Source: a virus. Taken from it: DNA of 64,000 nucleotides. The translations under genes and the position numbers were made by a program. Position 1 is the stretch's first letter. Each line of letters opens with the position of its first letter. The stretch is taken from positions 32,001 through 96,000 of IMG/VR virus record IMGVR_UViG_3300028827_000129, one strand, 5' to 3'. Of this stretch, positions 9,910-19,098 are shown in pieces. The notes beneath the pieces were generated by a model. It ran no database searches. It saw only the letters and a list, made by a program, of their open reading frames with translations, and was not told where the DNA came from.

Positions 9910-10532
9910 TTCATATCTTTTAATTTATTAGGTATGATTTCTTTATAGAACCAGTGTTCATCTGTTTGGACATGGTTAGGTCTTACATATTTCGCTATGC
10001 TATTTTCAAAATCTTCATACCTAAAATGATTCTTTAACCTAACCACATAACCTTCATGTTTTTCTTGGTCCATTTCACTCCAAATATATTCTATCAAGAG
10101 TTTATGGTATCTACCAATATACCAAACAGGAACAGGCTCAATACCTATAATATTAAACCAATCTATTGTATCTGGCCAATCAAGACATGTATTGTTTTCA
10201 TCCCATATACTAAATCCATAGAAATATGACCTTAATTGATCATAATGAATGCTATGTGTTGCATATAAGTTTTCTCCACATATTCTCCAGCCTTCTGGGA
10301 TATTATATCTTATTGTATTCCAAAAAGCTTTTACCCAGTTTCTAGATTCATGTTTGGAGTACGTTAAAGAGCGGGCATGTATGGCGTCTCTATACATAGT
10401 AGTATTTTCGCCATCCATCTTTTCTGTTACAACAATAAATTTACCGTAGAAATTTTTGTCTGTTAAAAGTTTTCTGTCGTCTTTGCCTGCATGACTCCAT
10501 GGTAAATGTGGAGTTCTAGGATACTTTATCAT
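9906..10532 (-). CDS. RNA ligase family protein (Rnl2-like nucleotidyltransferase domain)
   Basis: KYPRTPHLPWS, EKMDGEN (motif I), CGENLY, EGYVVR, AKYVR. Confidence 0.85.
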   Translation of the reverse strand: MIKYPRTPHLPWSHAGKDDRKLLTDKNFYGKFIVVTEKMDGENTTMYRDAIHARSLTYSKHESRNWVKAFWNTIRYNIPEGWRICGENLYATHSIHYDQLRSYFYGFSIWDENNTCLDWPDTIDWFNIIGIEPVPVWYIGRYHKLLIEYIWSEMDQEKHEGYVVRLKNHFRYEDFENSIAKYVRPNHVQTDEHWFYKEIIPNKLKDMK

Positions 10533-10924
10533 GACATATTTGATGATTGCTTTAAAAGATGTACGATTTTTAATGTAGCAGCATATTCAGGATTAAGATA
10601 TTTATTTAAATAAATATCAAATCTTGAAGTAGTTGTTATAAAAAATACGAATGTAAGAAATATTGTAAGCATAAAAGTTAACTGTAAAATTGTAGGATTC
10701 CTATTATCACCAAAAAGACGTCGTCTTTTGATAAATAAATATATCCAAGTAAATGCTAATATAGCAAAAGAAATTCCCCATAAAGTAAAAAATGTTATAG
10801 CTTCGATGCGCGAAGCATGAACAAACCAAGGAAAAACTTTATCTACTGCAATTCCTAGTTCATGTGCTAAAGTTTCTACGCCTTTTCCTAAATCTATGGT
10901 AGGCGTCTCCATTATAACCTCCAT
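10529..10924 (-). CDS. Membrane protein
   Basis: Two hydrophobic segments. Confidence 0.6.
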   Translation of the reverse strand: MEVIMETPTIDLGKGVETLAHELGIAVDKVFPWFVHASRIEAITFFTLWGISFAILAFTWIYLFIKRRRLFGDNRNPTILQLTFMLTIFLTFVFFITTTSRFDIYLNKYLNPEYAATLKIVHLLKQSSNMS

Positions 10925-10927
10925 TTA

Positions 10928-11116
10928 TTATTCTAGTTTTATTTTATGAATTTCAGCTGCAGTAGGATTGCCTCCAAATAAAGCAGCAGCTGCTGCCTCT
11001 AAAGAACATAGTTCTTCGTCCATTAATGTTGTTTGTATTTTCTGTGCTTTCTCAAAACTTTTTGTAGCTTTAATTATTCCTAATTGCTCTGAAATAATAA
11101 CATAAACATATTCCAT
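10928..11116 (-). CDS. Hypothetical protein
   Basis: 62-aa ORF in gene run. Confidence 0.45.
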   Translation of the reverse strand: MEYVYVIISEQLGIIKATKSFEKAQKIQTTLMDEELCSLEAAAAALFGGNPTAAEIHKIKLE

Positions 11117-11203
11117 AAGTTATTTTTATCTTACATAAAAATATACAGAATACTTCCTAAAAATAATTTAGTATTAAGATATATCGATCTTTTTGTTTTA
11201 TAT

Positions 11204-11863
11204 TTAAGCATTATCGTTGATAATTTTTGAGAGCTTATCTATAAATTCATAAATATCTTGCATATTTGTTAACGGTGCAACAAAATTAGGCAATGAACGG
11301 TATTCTAAACGATTGCCTTTAATAGCATATTCTCCAGGCTGTCTACGAGCTTCTTTAATTTCTTTTTCAAATGCTTTATCCAAAGCTCGAATTATATTAG
11401 CAAAATCAAAAAGGCCATATTGATCTGAAAGTTCTAATTCAGAACCATCATGTAAAACATAAGAAGATCTGGAAGCAACAATATTACTAATATTAATCTG
11501 AAACGAAGCAATGGTTTTATTGCCGAGCAGCCGTGGGGCTTTACCATAAATGTTTCTAATTTTAACTGCTTCTTTAACATGATACTTTGTTCTGATTACT
11601 GCTTTATCTTCTTTAGAAAACGTATGTGTATGACAAGAAAAATCCACATTTTTGATACTGTCTCTATAGCATGCAATCATATTCATATAGGCTTCGAAAA
11701 TATTTGTTGAAGGTTTTGCGGTCCTGATTTCTACAAGACCAGGAAATCCATCAGTAGAATAATCTGTAGGTGGAACAGTGATGTTTTTGTACTTTCTACC
11801 ATGTTCATCTTCTTTCACTTCGAAATAGAAACCTTCAAGTTCAAATCCAAATTTAAGCAACAT
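11204..11863 (-). CDS. COOH-NH2 ligase / amidoligase-like protein (phiEco32 type)
   Basis: FGFELEG, VEIRT, R..GEY...RLEYRSLPNF. Confidence 0.65.
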   Translation of the reverse strand: MLLKFGFELEGFYFEVKEDEHGRKYKNITVPPTDYSTDGFPGLVEIRTAKPSTNIFEAYMNMIACYRDSIKNVDFSCHTHTFSKEDKAVIRTKYHVKEAVKIRNIYGKAPRLLGNKTIASFQINISNIVASRSSYVLHDGSELELSDQYGLFDFANIIRALDKAFEKEIKEARRQPGEYAIKGNRLEYRSLPNFVAPLTNMQDIYEFIDKLSKIINDNA

Positions 11864-11923
11864 AGTTATTTTTCTCCTTAATTATTCAAGTATTTAATTC
11901 TAATAACATAGTTATGTATTAGC

Positions 11924-12325
11924 TTACATCCGAAGCTTAACTATTTTTGCGATCTCACAATGAGGACCACTACCAACACGTTTCAGAGTAAGACCAATCT
12001 TCTCTAGAGCTTTTTTCAGGTTGTGCATGTTACCTTTTGCGCTACCGTCAGTAAAGGTTACTTCTGGTTGTTCATTGTCTTTTCTAGCCAGTTCAGCAAG
12101 ACATTTTTTACATGTTATTGGCGCGGATGTGAGTTCCCATGGGTAATAGTTTTTATGGCAAGTATCTGTAACGTGTCCACATGTAGGCCTAACAAAACTG
12201 ACTCTATTTTTGGCTGTAATCCTGTAGGCATATTGGACCGCCTCAAGCCTGACTGTCAGGTAATGATAGTCATCTACAGCGTGCACTACTCCTGTAGAGC
12301 TTCTTGCGTTCATTACTTCCTCCAT
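11924..12325 (-). CDS. Hypothetical protein
   Basis: 133 aa with H...CG...TCKKC. Confidence 0.55.
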   Translation of the reverse strand: MEEVMNARSSTGVVHAVDDYHYLTVRLEAVQYAYRITAKNRVSFVRPTCGHVTDTCHKNYYPWELTSAPITCKKCLAELARKDNEQPEVTFTDGSAKGNMHNLKKALEKIGLTLKRVGSGPHCEIAKIVKLRM

Positions 12326-12333
12326 CCATATGT

Positions 12334-12750
12334 TTAAGATCCATGAGTTTTCTCTCGGTCTCTGAAAATGTTGTCAAATTTATCCGCGAGTTTTGGATAA
12401 ACTTTTTTAAGTTCAGAGAGGTATTCATTACTTATGCTTTCCATATTGCCATTAATAATCTTATTGAAATCTTTTAACCACTTTTCTGGAACATTAAAAA
12501 CCCACATAGCGTATGTGGAGTCATATTCATCGTCGTAAGTGGAAACAAATCCATTCATATTACAAATGGTTTTATTTTCTTCTGCATATGTATTACGGTT
12601 ATTGCCGCCTGTTCTTGTATAAATTAATATTTTATTATCCTTAACGAAACAATCTCTAAAACGTGGGTATTCGTCTGGATGTTTTCCTAACATTGGCAAT
12701 ATAAAAAATGTTGCAGGATTAACACCTTTTAACATATGATACAAACTCAC
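12334..12750 (-). CDS. Hypothetical phage protein
   Basis: 138 aa; RFRDC, YTRTGGNNR, DDEYDSTYA. Confidence 0.65.
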   Translation of the reverse strand: MSLYHMLKGVNPATFFILPMLGKHPDEYPRFRDCFVKDNKILIYTRTGGNNRNTYAEENKTICNMNGFVSTYDDEYDSTYAMWVFNVPEKWLKDFNKIINGNMESISNEYLSELKKVYPKLADKFDNIFRDREKTHGS

Positions 12751-12760
12751 ATTTATCTCC

Positions 12761-13102
12761 TCATTTCAAAATTGGTTTAACTTTGTAGCCTTCTTTTTCT
12801 AAAATAGCTAACGTGGACTTAAATTCTTCTATGTGAATTTTACCTGGATGGTATTTTTCATACCTTATAGGCTCTCTTTCACAAAAAATGTCATCATTAG
12901 CATAAATCGGCTCTTCCATTTCTGCAGATACTGATAATACCCAATTAAAATAGACTTGTACCGGATTTTCAGCATTATATATGTCAAAAGTAACATCTGT
13001 AGGAGTCTGCCAAGTTTCTATTTCTTCTATTTGTTTGTCATATTTGTTAATGCTTGGTACAAATACTTCTCTTTCAGCAATAAATTGTATATTCATACTC
13101 AT
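12761..13102 (-). CDS. Hypothetical protein
   Basis: 113-aa ORF. Confidence 0.6.
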   Translation of the reverse strand: MSMNIQFIAEREVFVPSINKYDKQIEEIETWQTPTDVTFDIYNAENPVQVYFNWVLSVSAEMEEPIYANDDIFCEREPIRYEKYHPGKIHIEEFKSTLAILEKEGYKVKPILK

Positions 13103-13126
13103 GGTTTTTCACCTAGACAAAAATAA

Positions 13127-13217
13127 TGGTACCCCCGACAGGATTCGAACCTGTATTTGCCGCTTATCTAGCGTTACGGGGTATAAGCCCGCTGTTTTAC
13201 CATTAAACTACGGGGGC
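13127..13217 (-). tRNA. tRNA-Ile(UAU) with long variable arm
   Basis: GCCCCCG/CGGGGGT acceptor, GCGGG-CT-TAT-AC-CCCGT anticodon arm, ~21-nt variable region, TTCGAAT, ACCA. Confidence 0.85.
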
Positions 13218-13225
13218 ACAAATCA

Positions 13226-14095
13226 TCAGAAAATCAAACTACCCTTATCATCCCATTTCGAGTATAACTTGCAATCCGGACGTAATATAACATATTTATA
13301 AACGCGCTTAGGTATTGTACTCATACAATCATCGTCTATAACAACACCCATATCAAATATTGAGTATTTTGTATGACCATATTCTAATACTTCTAGTGCT
13401 CTTCCGTTATTACTTACATATGAAGATATATCCTTTACAAGTTTATCAGATGCTCTATTTTGCTTTATCCACTTATCTTTTACTGTATGTCCATTGCTAT
13501 ATAGAATTCTAAAAGTAACTTGGTTAGCGCCAATTTGCTTTGATCTTTTAAGAATTGTTTCAGGACTGTAATGATTAAAAGCTTTTGTTAGATTTAATGA
13601 TAACCGTAAATTGAATCGATATTTTTTAATCCTACTACATAAATAAGGAATATCAACCATAAGCTTATCTGGTGTACCATTAAAAATTTTATTTAGTTTA
13701 TTATCGAAGCTAGAAATAGACAAGCTTATAGTTGATACACCGACATGGTGTCTTAAAAAATATAAATATGCATCATTTAACATTACCCCTGTAGTTTGCA
13801 TTTCAATGATTTTGAAAGGATTTGACATTCCTTCTGAAACCATAGTTCCTAACATTCTTAAGAATTCTTTATTTTGTTGAGGCTCAGAATTTCCAGTAAT
13901 CATAACGGTATTACAACCGTTATCTCTGGCAAATTCTAGTCTTTTGATATAATCTTTTCTGTACAAATTCCAATATAAATTGTCTTTGTGTAACATGTCT
14001 TCATACTGCTCTTCGACCATTTGTGATACACAAAATTTACAGTTATTGACACATTTATTGTTAGGAACTACAATACTCAAACTTTGAATACGCAT
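13226..14095 (-). CDS. Radical SAM protein
   Basis: CxxxCxxC (CVNNCKFC), ITG.SEP. Confidence 0.85.
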   Translation of the reverse strand: MRIQSLSIVVPNNKCVNNCKFCVSQMVEEQYEDMLHKDNLYWNLYRKDYIKRLEFARDNGCNTVMITGNSEPQQNKEFLRMLGTMVSEGMSNPFKIIEMQTTGVMLNDAYLYFLRHHVGVSTISLSISSFDNKLNKIFNGTPDKLMVDIPYLCSRIKKYRFNLRLSLNLTKAFNHYSPETILKRSKQIGANQVTFRILYSNGHTVKDKWIKQNRASDKLVKDISSYVSNNGRALEVLEYGHTKYSIFDMGVVIDDDCMSTIPKRVYKYVILRPDCKLYSKWDDKGSLIF

Positions 14096-14113
14096 TTTAC
14101 TCTCCTAATTATT

Positions 14114-14413
14114 TTATTTATGAACATATCCTAAAGCATGCCAAATTTCATGCCCTAATACTTTTTGGGCATAACCGTTATCCCAATATCGTAAAGGAGG
14201 AGTAATAATTACATTAGATTCTCGCCAATAACACCCAGCTGCGTTTCCATTACATAAAAACGCTCTTTTTTCTGCCTTGTTTACAATCCAGATGTCTGCA
14301 TTTAAATGCTTAACTTTAATACCATCATCTATATTGTTATATGTTTGTAAAGTAGAACAAGAAGATGACAAAATAATTAAAAGCATATAGAAAAACAGAA
14401 TAATATGCTTCAT
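14114..14413 (-). CDS. Putative lipoprotein with HExxH metallopeptidase motif
   Basis: Start at MKHIILFF; hydrophobic signal ending SSSC; GHEIWH. Confidence 0.55.
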   Translation of the reverse strand: MKHIILFFYMLLIILSSSCSTLQTYNNIDDGIKVKHLNADIWIVNKAEKRAFLCNGNAAGCYWRESNVIITPPLRYWDNGYAQKVLGHEIWHALGYVHK

Positions 14414-14417
14414 ATAT

Positions 14418-15569
14418 TTATACAATCTCCTTTTTCTTAAATAAATATTTATAGATTTTATCTCCATTAGCTAAAAATTGTTTTCTTAATTCTGCAATAC
14501 CTTTATCTTTGTCTCTAATGTTTTTATTGTAAATATCAAAAAGTATAAATGTAAACAGTGTTTTGCGCTTCTTAGTAATATAAAGTGCAAACTCCTTTCT
14601 ATCTGTAAATCTTACGGCATTAAGCCAAGTATATTCAAGTTCAGCTAAGTGATAATTAACTTCCTTTTCAATTTTTTCATACAGATTTTTAACTTCTGGA
14701 AAATATGTTAATAATTCTTCTTTTTCGCCTTTTAATACAAATTGAAGAATATGTTTAACAGAAAATTGGTTATTTGGACCCTTTAAGGCTGCTAAAGCTA
14801 TATATTGTTTATTTTTTATTTTTATTCGTAATCCATTACAATCTTGTAGGACGAGACCTTCAAAGGTTACATCTTTTTTTGATACTTCATTGATAAATTC
14901 TATTACAGTTTTATAATTCGGAAAATTATAAACAGATGGTAATTTTGCACCTATCTTCTTAGCGATAAAATGGAAAACATTAAGAGGATACTCTTGTAAT
15001 GTATTGTTATCAATAACATTTAATAAATATGAAGTTGGTTTTCTATATTCTCGTACAACTTTATTTGCTAAAGAACAAAATTCAAAACAATAAGTGAGGT
15101 TAGGATTAAAAAACTTTTGACAATGATCAGCTAAAGAATCCCAAAATAATTCAGAGAATGTTTTTGGACTTTCAAAGCATTTATGATCACCAAAAGTTTG
15201 GCGTGTATTAGCAAACCATTGATTAAAAGCGTGATAAACAATTATTAACGTGCCGTCTTCTTTCGAGATAGATGTAAACGGTTTATTCCATACAAAAGCA
15301 TCAGTAATTGCTTTTGCCTCGCCAAAATTAAAAAATCTTGTAAAAGGTTTAGCTGCAACTGAAAAATTGTGTCCTTCTTTCTTTAATACAAGTCCTCTAC
15401 ACTCCATTACAATGGGATGTGTTTTAGGACTATTTAACTGATCATAATTAAGAATAAAAAGAGGATATGCTGGATGAGGAATTACTTTGATGGCAAATTG
15501 ATTAGTAAGATCTTCAAGAGAATGTTCTTCTAAATATTTTAGAACATTCAATTGATAGCTGGAATTCAT
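14418..15569 (-). CDS. T4 Rnl1-like RNA ligase
   Basis: ECRGLVL, PFTRFFN, KEDGT, FEF, EGLVL, KIKN..Y. Confidence 0.9.
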   Translation of the reverse strand: MNSSYQLNVLKYLEEHSLEDLTNQFAIKVIPHPAYPLFILNYDQLNSPKTHPIVMECRGLVLKKEGHNFSVAAKPFTRFFNFGEAKAITDAFVWNKPFTSISKEDGTLIIVYHAFNQWFANTRQTFGDHKCFESPKTFSELFWDSLADHCQKFFNPNLTYCFEFCSLANKVVREYRKPTSYLLNVIDNNTLQEYPLNVFHFIAKKIGAKLPSVYNFPNYKTVIEFINEVSKKDVTFEGLVLQDCNGLRIKIKNKQYIALAALKGPNNQFSVKHILQFVLKGEKEELLTYFPEVKNLYEKIEKEVNYHLAELEYTWLNAVRFTDRKEFALYITKKRKTLFTFILFDIYNKNIRDKDKGIAELRKQFLANGDKIYKYLFKKKEIV

Positions 15570-15590
15570 AAAGTATATCTCCTAAAAAAA

Positions 15591-15666
15591 TGGTGAGCCG
15601 CCTGGGGATCGAACCCAGGACCACCGCATTAAAAGTGCGATGCTCTACCATCTGAGCTAGCGGCTC
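15591..15666 (-). tRNA. tRNA-Lys(UUU)
   Basis: Canonical cloverleaf, CT-TTT-AA loop, CCA encoded. Confidence 0.95.
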
Positions 15667-15754
15667 AAAATCCCGGAGATATACCAGCTCGGGGTAAAAC
15701 TGAAAGGTTATGACATAGTAAACCTATAAAACCTACTACCGAGATTTTATATAT

Positions 15755-15840
15755 CTTTTATCTATGTTCTTTGAAGAGTTAATCTTTATTGCTTTCATCT
15801 TTAATCGTTAGACTTTGCTCTTTAATTTTTGAACGTTAAG
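15755..15840 (-). repeat. Degenerate 7-nt tandem repeat, NNNAA(A/C)G x ~12
   Basis: CTTAACG TTCAAAA ATTAAAG AGCAAAG TCTAACG ATTAAAG ATGAAAG CAATAAAG ATTAACT CTTCAAAG AACATAG ATAAAAG. Confidence 0.75.
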
Positions 15841-15854
15841 ACAGTAGTGGGCAG

Positions 15855-15928
15855 ATGATCGTATAGGAATTGAACCTATGTCTGCGCAATAATAATTGCG
15901 CTGCTCTATCCAGCTGAGCTAACGATCA
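15855..15928 (-). ncRNA. tRNA-like element (no CCA, abnormal 8-nt anticodon loop)
   Basis: TGATCGT/ACGATCA acceptor, D arm TAGCTCAGCTGGATAGAGC identical to tRNA-Arg at 21269, GCGCA-ATTATTAT-TGCGC, ATAGG-TTCAATT-CCTAT. Confidence 0.8.
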
Positions 15929-16022
15929 TGCTAGCTTTATAAGCTAGTCTAACCAATGCTGATAACCCACAGCATTACGGGGCTATGTCATTTATCAGTT
16001 TACGGTATATCCCCGGGGATAT

Positions 16023-16652
16023 TTACACCGTGATTTCAGTCCTTGCGTTTGATTCAGACAAAACGAAGTCTACTTCCCGCTCAAAGTTTTCGATTTCTTC
16101 TTCAATCTTGGCAATCACAGTTTGAATGTTAATAGGATCAACAATGTTAACTTTGTTGTTCTTCAGAAAAGGCTTTGCAATAGCTTCATAATCAGCTGAA
16201 TTCGTTTTAATATCTTTGCCGAGATTTGTTTCGACAAGCTTATCAAGACGTTCTTGGACTCTATTATTTTCCTTTTCTGTAAGCATATTTACAGCGCCAA
16301 ATTGTTCTTTCAGGTGAGCAAGAAGATACTTTTGAAAGTTGATCGAATTTTTCTTTTCAATCGCTTCAGCCACAGTCATTTCGACATTATTGATCTTAAC
16401 TTTCGTAACTGCGTTCGAGTTAATAATTGCTTTCTTAATTCTTCTGTAATTATCGATAAGGCTGTTGATGGATCCGAATTTAGCTTTAGCATTCTCAACG
16501 AAGTTTTTGACATTAGTGCCAAGCGGTGATTTGAACAGTTCCCCATTTCTTTCTGCTGCAATGAAAATAGAAGTTGCAATCTTTTTATTGATTCGTTTCT
16601 CAAGAGTCTTGAGCTCAACAAGAGCTCTTGTAATAGACATAACTTTCCTCAT
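16023..16652 (-). CDS. Helical/coiled-coil protein (reminiscent of DIP1984/DUF6847-like proteins)
   Basis: MSITRALVELKTLEKRI, internal MTVAEAI, C-terminal EVDFVLSESNARTEI; GGAGG RBS; family call from recall only. Confidence 0.6.
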   Translation of the reverse strand: MRKVMSITRALVELKTLEKRINKKIATSIFIAAERNGELFKSPLGTNVKNFVENAKAKFGSINSLIDNYRRIKKAIINSNAVTKVKINNVEMTVAEAIEKKNSINFQKYLLAHLKEQFGAVNMLTEKENNRVQERLDKLVETNLGKDIKTNSADYEAIAKPFLKNNKVNIVDPINIQTVIAKIEEEIENFEREVDFVLSESNARTEITV

Positions 16653-17378
16653 TTACTTCCTCCTTTTTCTTTCTTTTGGGCCATGCTGTTTAAATGACAA
16701 TTTATCCATACCATGTGTTTGTAGCTTCAGTTTGTCAGATAAGACAAAATTTTCTTCTTTATTTTCTGATAAAGTACTATTTAAATATTGTTCTATTGTT
16801 TGATATAATTCAAAAGGAGATTTGATGAGAGGGTATTGAGATAAAGCTATATTTTTAGTAAGATACAATCCATAAATGAAATTTTTACCTTTTTTTTGTA
16901 ATAGAAAGACTGGTGTTTTAAGTGCAACATGTATGTCATCTAATTTCTTTCTATCAATTGTTTTATGCCATATTTGAAGAATATTTCTTTTGCTTTTAGA
17001 TGTTTCTTGTTTTTTAGCTAACGGAATAAAAGATACCTTACAACAGTTGTCATTAATGATTTCTTCTTCGTTCTTTTTGTCATAAAATAAATATAGTCTT
17101 CCACATAAGCTGATAATATCAGCTTTTTTTGGATACGAATATGAAACAAATCTGTAATAAGCAGAAAACTTTTTACGAACTTTTCTTGAATAAAATACAG
17201 TGGGTGCAGTATCATACGTCTCTGTAAGAAAAGCTATCTGTTCTTTTGAAAGATATTTATTATATTTGTAAATGTCAATAAAAATTTCTTCTTGATATCT
17301 GGCATATACTGGAGTTTTTGTCTTATAAGAATGTGCTATACTGTCATAAACATCATGAAAGTTACTTACAAGATGCAT
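16653..17378 (-). CDS. Hypothetical phage protein
   Basis: 241 aa; ends HGMDKLSFK. Confidence 0.65.
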   Translation of the reverse strand: MHLVSNFHDVYDSIAHSYKTKTPVYARYQEEIFIDIYKYNKYLSKEQIAFLTETYDTAPTVFYSRKVRKKFSAYYRFVSYSYPKKADIISLCGRLYLFYDKKNEEEIINDNCCKVSFIPLAKKQETSKSKRNILQIWHKTIDRKKLDDIHVALKTPVFLLQKKGKNFIYGLYLTKNIALSQYPLIKSPFELYQTIEQYLNSTLSENKEENFVLSDKLKLQTHGMDKLSFKQHGPKERKRRK

Positions 17379-17748
17379 TGCAGTTCACTGTGGCATCAGA
17401 GAATTCTTCAGAAAGCTTAACAGGCAAAATAACATTAGGGAAGATAGCCTTTGCATCCTTAAAGTACTTAGCACATCTTCCAGCAAAGGCATGGAAATGA
17501 TTTGCAACAGCAAACGGAAGGTCATTAAAGTTCTTTTGTACCTTCTTCTTTGCTCTCCCAATAGCGCATTTTTTACCAAAGGAGACAGAAAGAGGTTTAC
17601 TTTCTTTAGACTTATTGTACTGAGAATAACCGAAATATACAGCTCCATCGTCTCCTTTGTAAGCTACGACAAAACCACGAAGTCGCCGTCGCTTATTACC
17701 TTTGTCGGTATCATTAAAAACCCGTTCAATCAACAAAGTAGTAGGCAT
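17362..17748 (-). CDS. Hypothetical protein
   Basis: 128 aa, GGAGG RBS. Confidence 0.65.
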   Translation of the reverse strand: MPTTLLIERVFNDTDKGNKRRRLRGFVVAYKGDDGAVYFGYSQYNKSKESKPLSVSFGKKCAIGRAKKKVQKNFNDLPFAVANHFHAFAGRCAKYFKDAKAIFPNVILPVKLSEEFSDATVNCNASCK

Positions 17749-17851
17749 CTTTTACCTCCACATAAGATTTTTTAATTACTACTTGTAAGAAATTTACTAG
17801 ATCAATATAGATTTAGAATTTGAAGATATTTTTGCATTATTTGCGCTTTAA

Positions 17852-18100
17852 TTATTTCTTTGTCTTCTCTGAACAATTGGAAATGGCAATAGACCCGCTA
17901 AAGTCCTTTAAGGAATGTTTTTGCCATTCATTTATTTCTCCGACATAAGTGTCGTCTAGTCCTTTCTTTAATGTGATGCATTTTATCCTAAAATTTTCTT
18001 TTTTGTATTCAAGGGCTAAAAGAATAGAATTTCCTTCAGTTTTCATCAATTTAGGAAATGCAACCTTTTTCTCATTTTCTTTAACATCTATTCTAATCAT
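17852..18100 (-). CDS. Hypothetical protein
   Basis: 82 aa, GGAGG RBS. Confidence 0.6.
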   Translation of the reverse strand: MIRIDVKENEKKVAFPKLMKTEGNSILLALEYKKENFRIKCITLKKGLDDTYVGEINEWQKHSLKDFSGSIAISNCSEKTKK

Positions 18101-18178
18101 TTCTTACCTCCAATTATAAATAAGTATACTTAATTAGCATATGTTTTTGTTTTACAACAACTGTACTATTTTTGATGT

Positions 18179-18553
18179 TTACTTTACAGTATCTACATCT
18201 GGAGCAATCACACTTGGACGAAAAATGACTTTATAGCGATAAACATCAACTCCGGCATTGCCCAATTGCTCCACAAAATAAGAAACGTTATCGGATAATC
18301 CTAAAAAATGTTTCTTATAAACATCCGGCCCGGTTTTACAAGTGACCTCAAGCTGCCTTTTTTGGTCTTCAATCGAGCAACGACCTTCGATTGACAACAG
18401 ATAAGTGTCAGTTATGCCGTTGAAAAAAACCACTCGCCGGTTAATCTGGAACATTTCGGCAGCTTTTGAAAGGTTGTGCGAAGCAATCTGTGCATCTGTG
18501 CTACATCCAACAACGAAAAGTGCGGTAAGGCAAGCAATAAAACGAAAAAACAT
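18179..18553 (-). CDS. Conserved phage lipoprotein
   Basis: Lipobox VVGC; RRVVFFNGITD.YLLSIEG.CS. Confidence 0.75.
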   Translation of the reverse strand: MFFRFIACLTALFVVGCSTDAQIASHNLSKAAEMFQINRRVVFFNGITDTYLLSIEGRCSIEDQKRQLEVTCKTGPDVYKKHFLGLSDNVSYFVEQLGNAGVDVYRYKVIFRPSVIAPDVDTVK

Positions 18554-18844
18554 AATATCCTCCTTTTATTTCTTTATTTTTTTCTCTTTAATAAATTAAA
18601 ACGATTTATAAACATTTAAAATTTCTTGTTTTGCTTTCACTTCTGTTTGTAAATGATTTATTGCGTTTTGGGCTTGTATAAACAGGATAAGAAAACAAAT
18701 GACCAAAACTGTGATTACTAAAGAAACAATTTTCTTATTCCACATCCTAATCTTTACCTCCAATAACAATATATGCATCCATGTACACATCTTTTTCTAG
18801 CTGCATCACCTTTTTCGGTGATTCCGATTTTCATTATTTATCTC

Positions 18845-19081
18845 TTATTTATATTCATGCTCTTTTTTTATTTCATTGCATATTGTTGCTTTTGCTTGCG
18901 CAAAGCAATATGATGAAAAATAACTGGTTTCTAAGCAAATATCCACTTCTTCTCTTACCAGTTTTAACTGTTCTTCTGTACAACTATACTGGCTTGGGTT
19001 TACGCTGTAATCAAATTTTTCATTCTCACAACAGCCTGACAATCCAATCAGAATAACGAGAATAATTATAGAATAACGCAT
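18845..19081 (-). CDS. Putative lipoprotein
   Basis: Signal with LSGC lipobox. Confidence 0.6.
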   Translation of the reverse strand: MRYSIIILVILIGLSGCCENEKFDYSVNPSQYSCTEEQLKLVREEVDICLETSYFSSYCFAQAKATICNEIKKEHEYK

Positions 19082-19098
19082 TTTTACACCTCATTTAT

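Larger units (their letters stand above)
15670..16020 (-). ncRNA. Candidate ~350-nt structured RNA with embedded tRNA-like domain and 7-nt repeat loop
   Basis: Closing stem CCGGGGAUAUACC/GGUAUAUCUCCGG, inner AAACUGA/UCAGUUU and AUGACAUAG/CUAUGUCAU helices. Confidence 0.7.

Noticed and set aside
15755-15840. CRISPR array (also considered for 49651-49931)
   Set aside because: No constant repeats with unique spacers and no cas genes
15670-16020. Y RNA with Ro60
   Set aside because: No TROVE/Ro60 gene in the window and the adjacent protein is unrelated; kept only as an analogy
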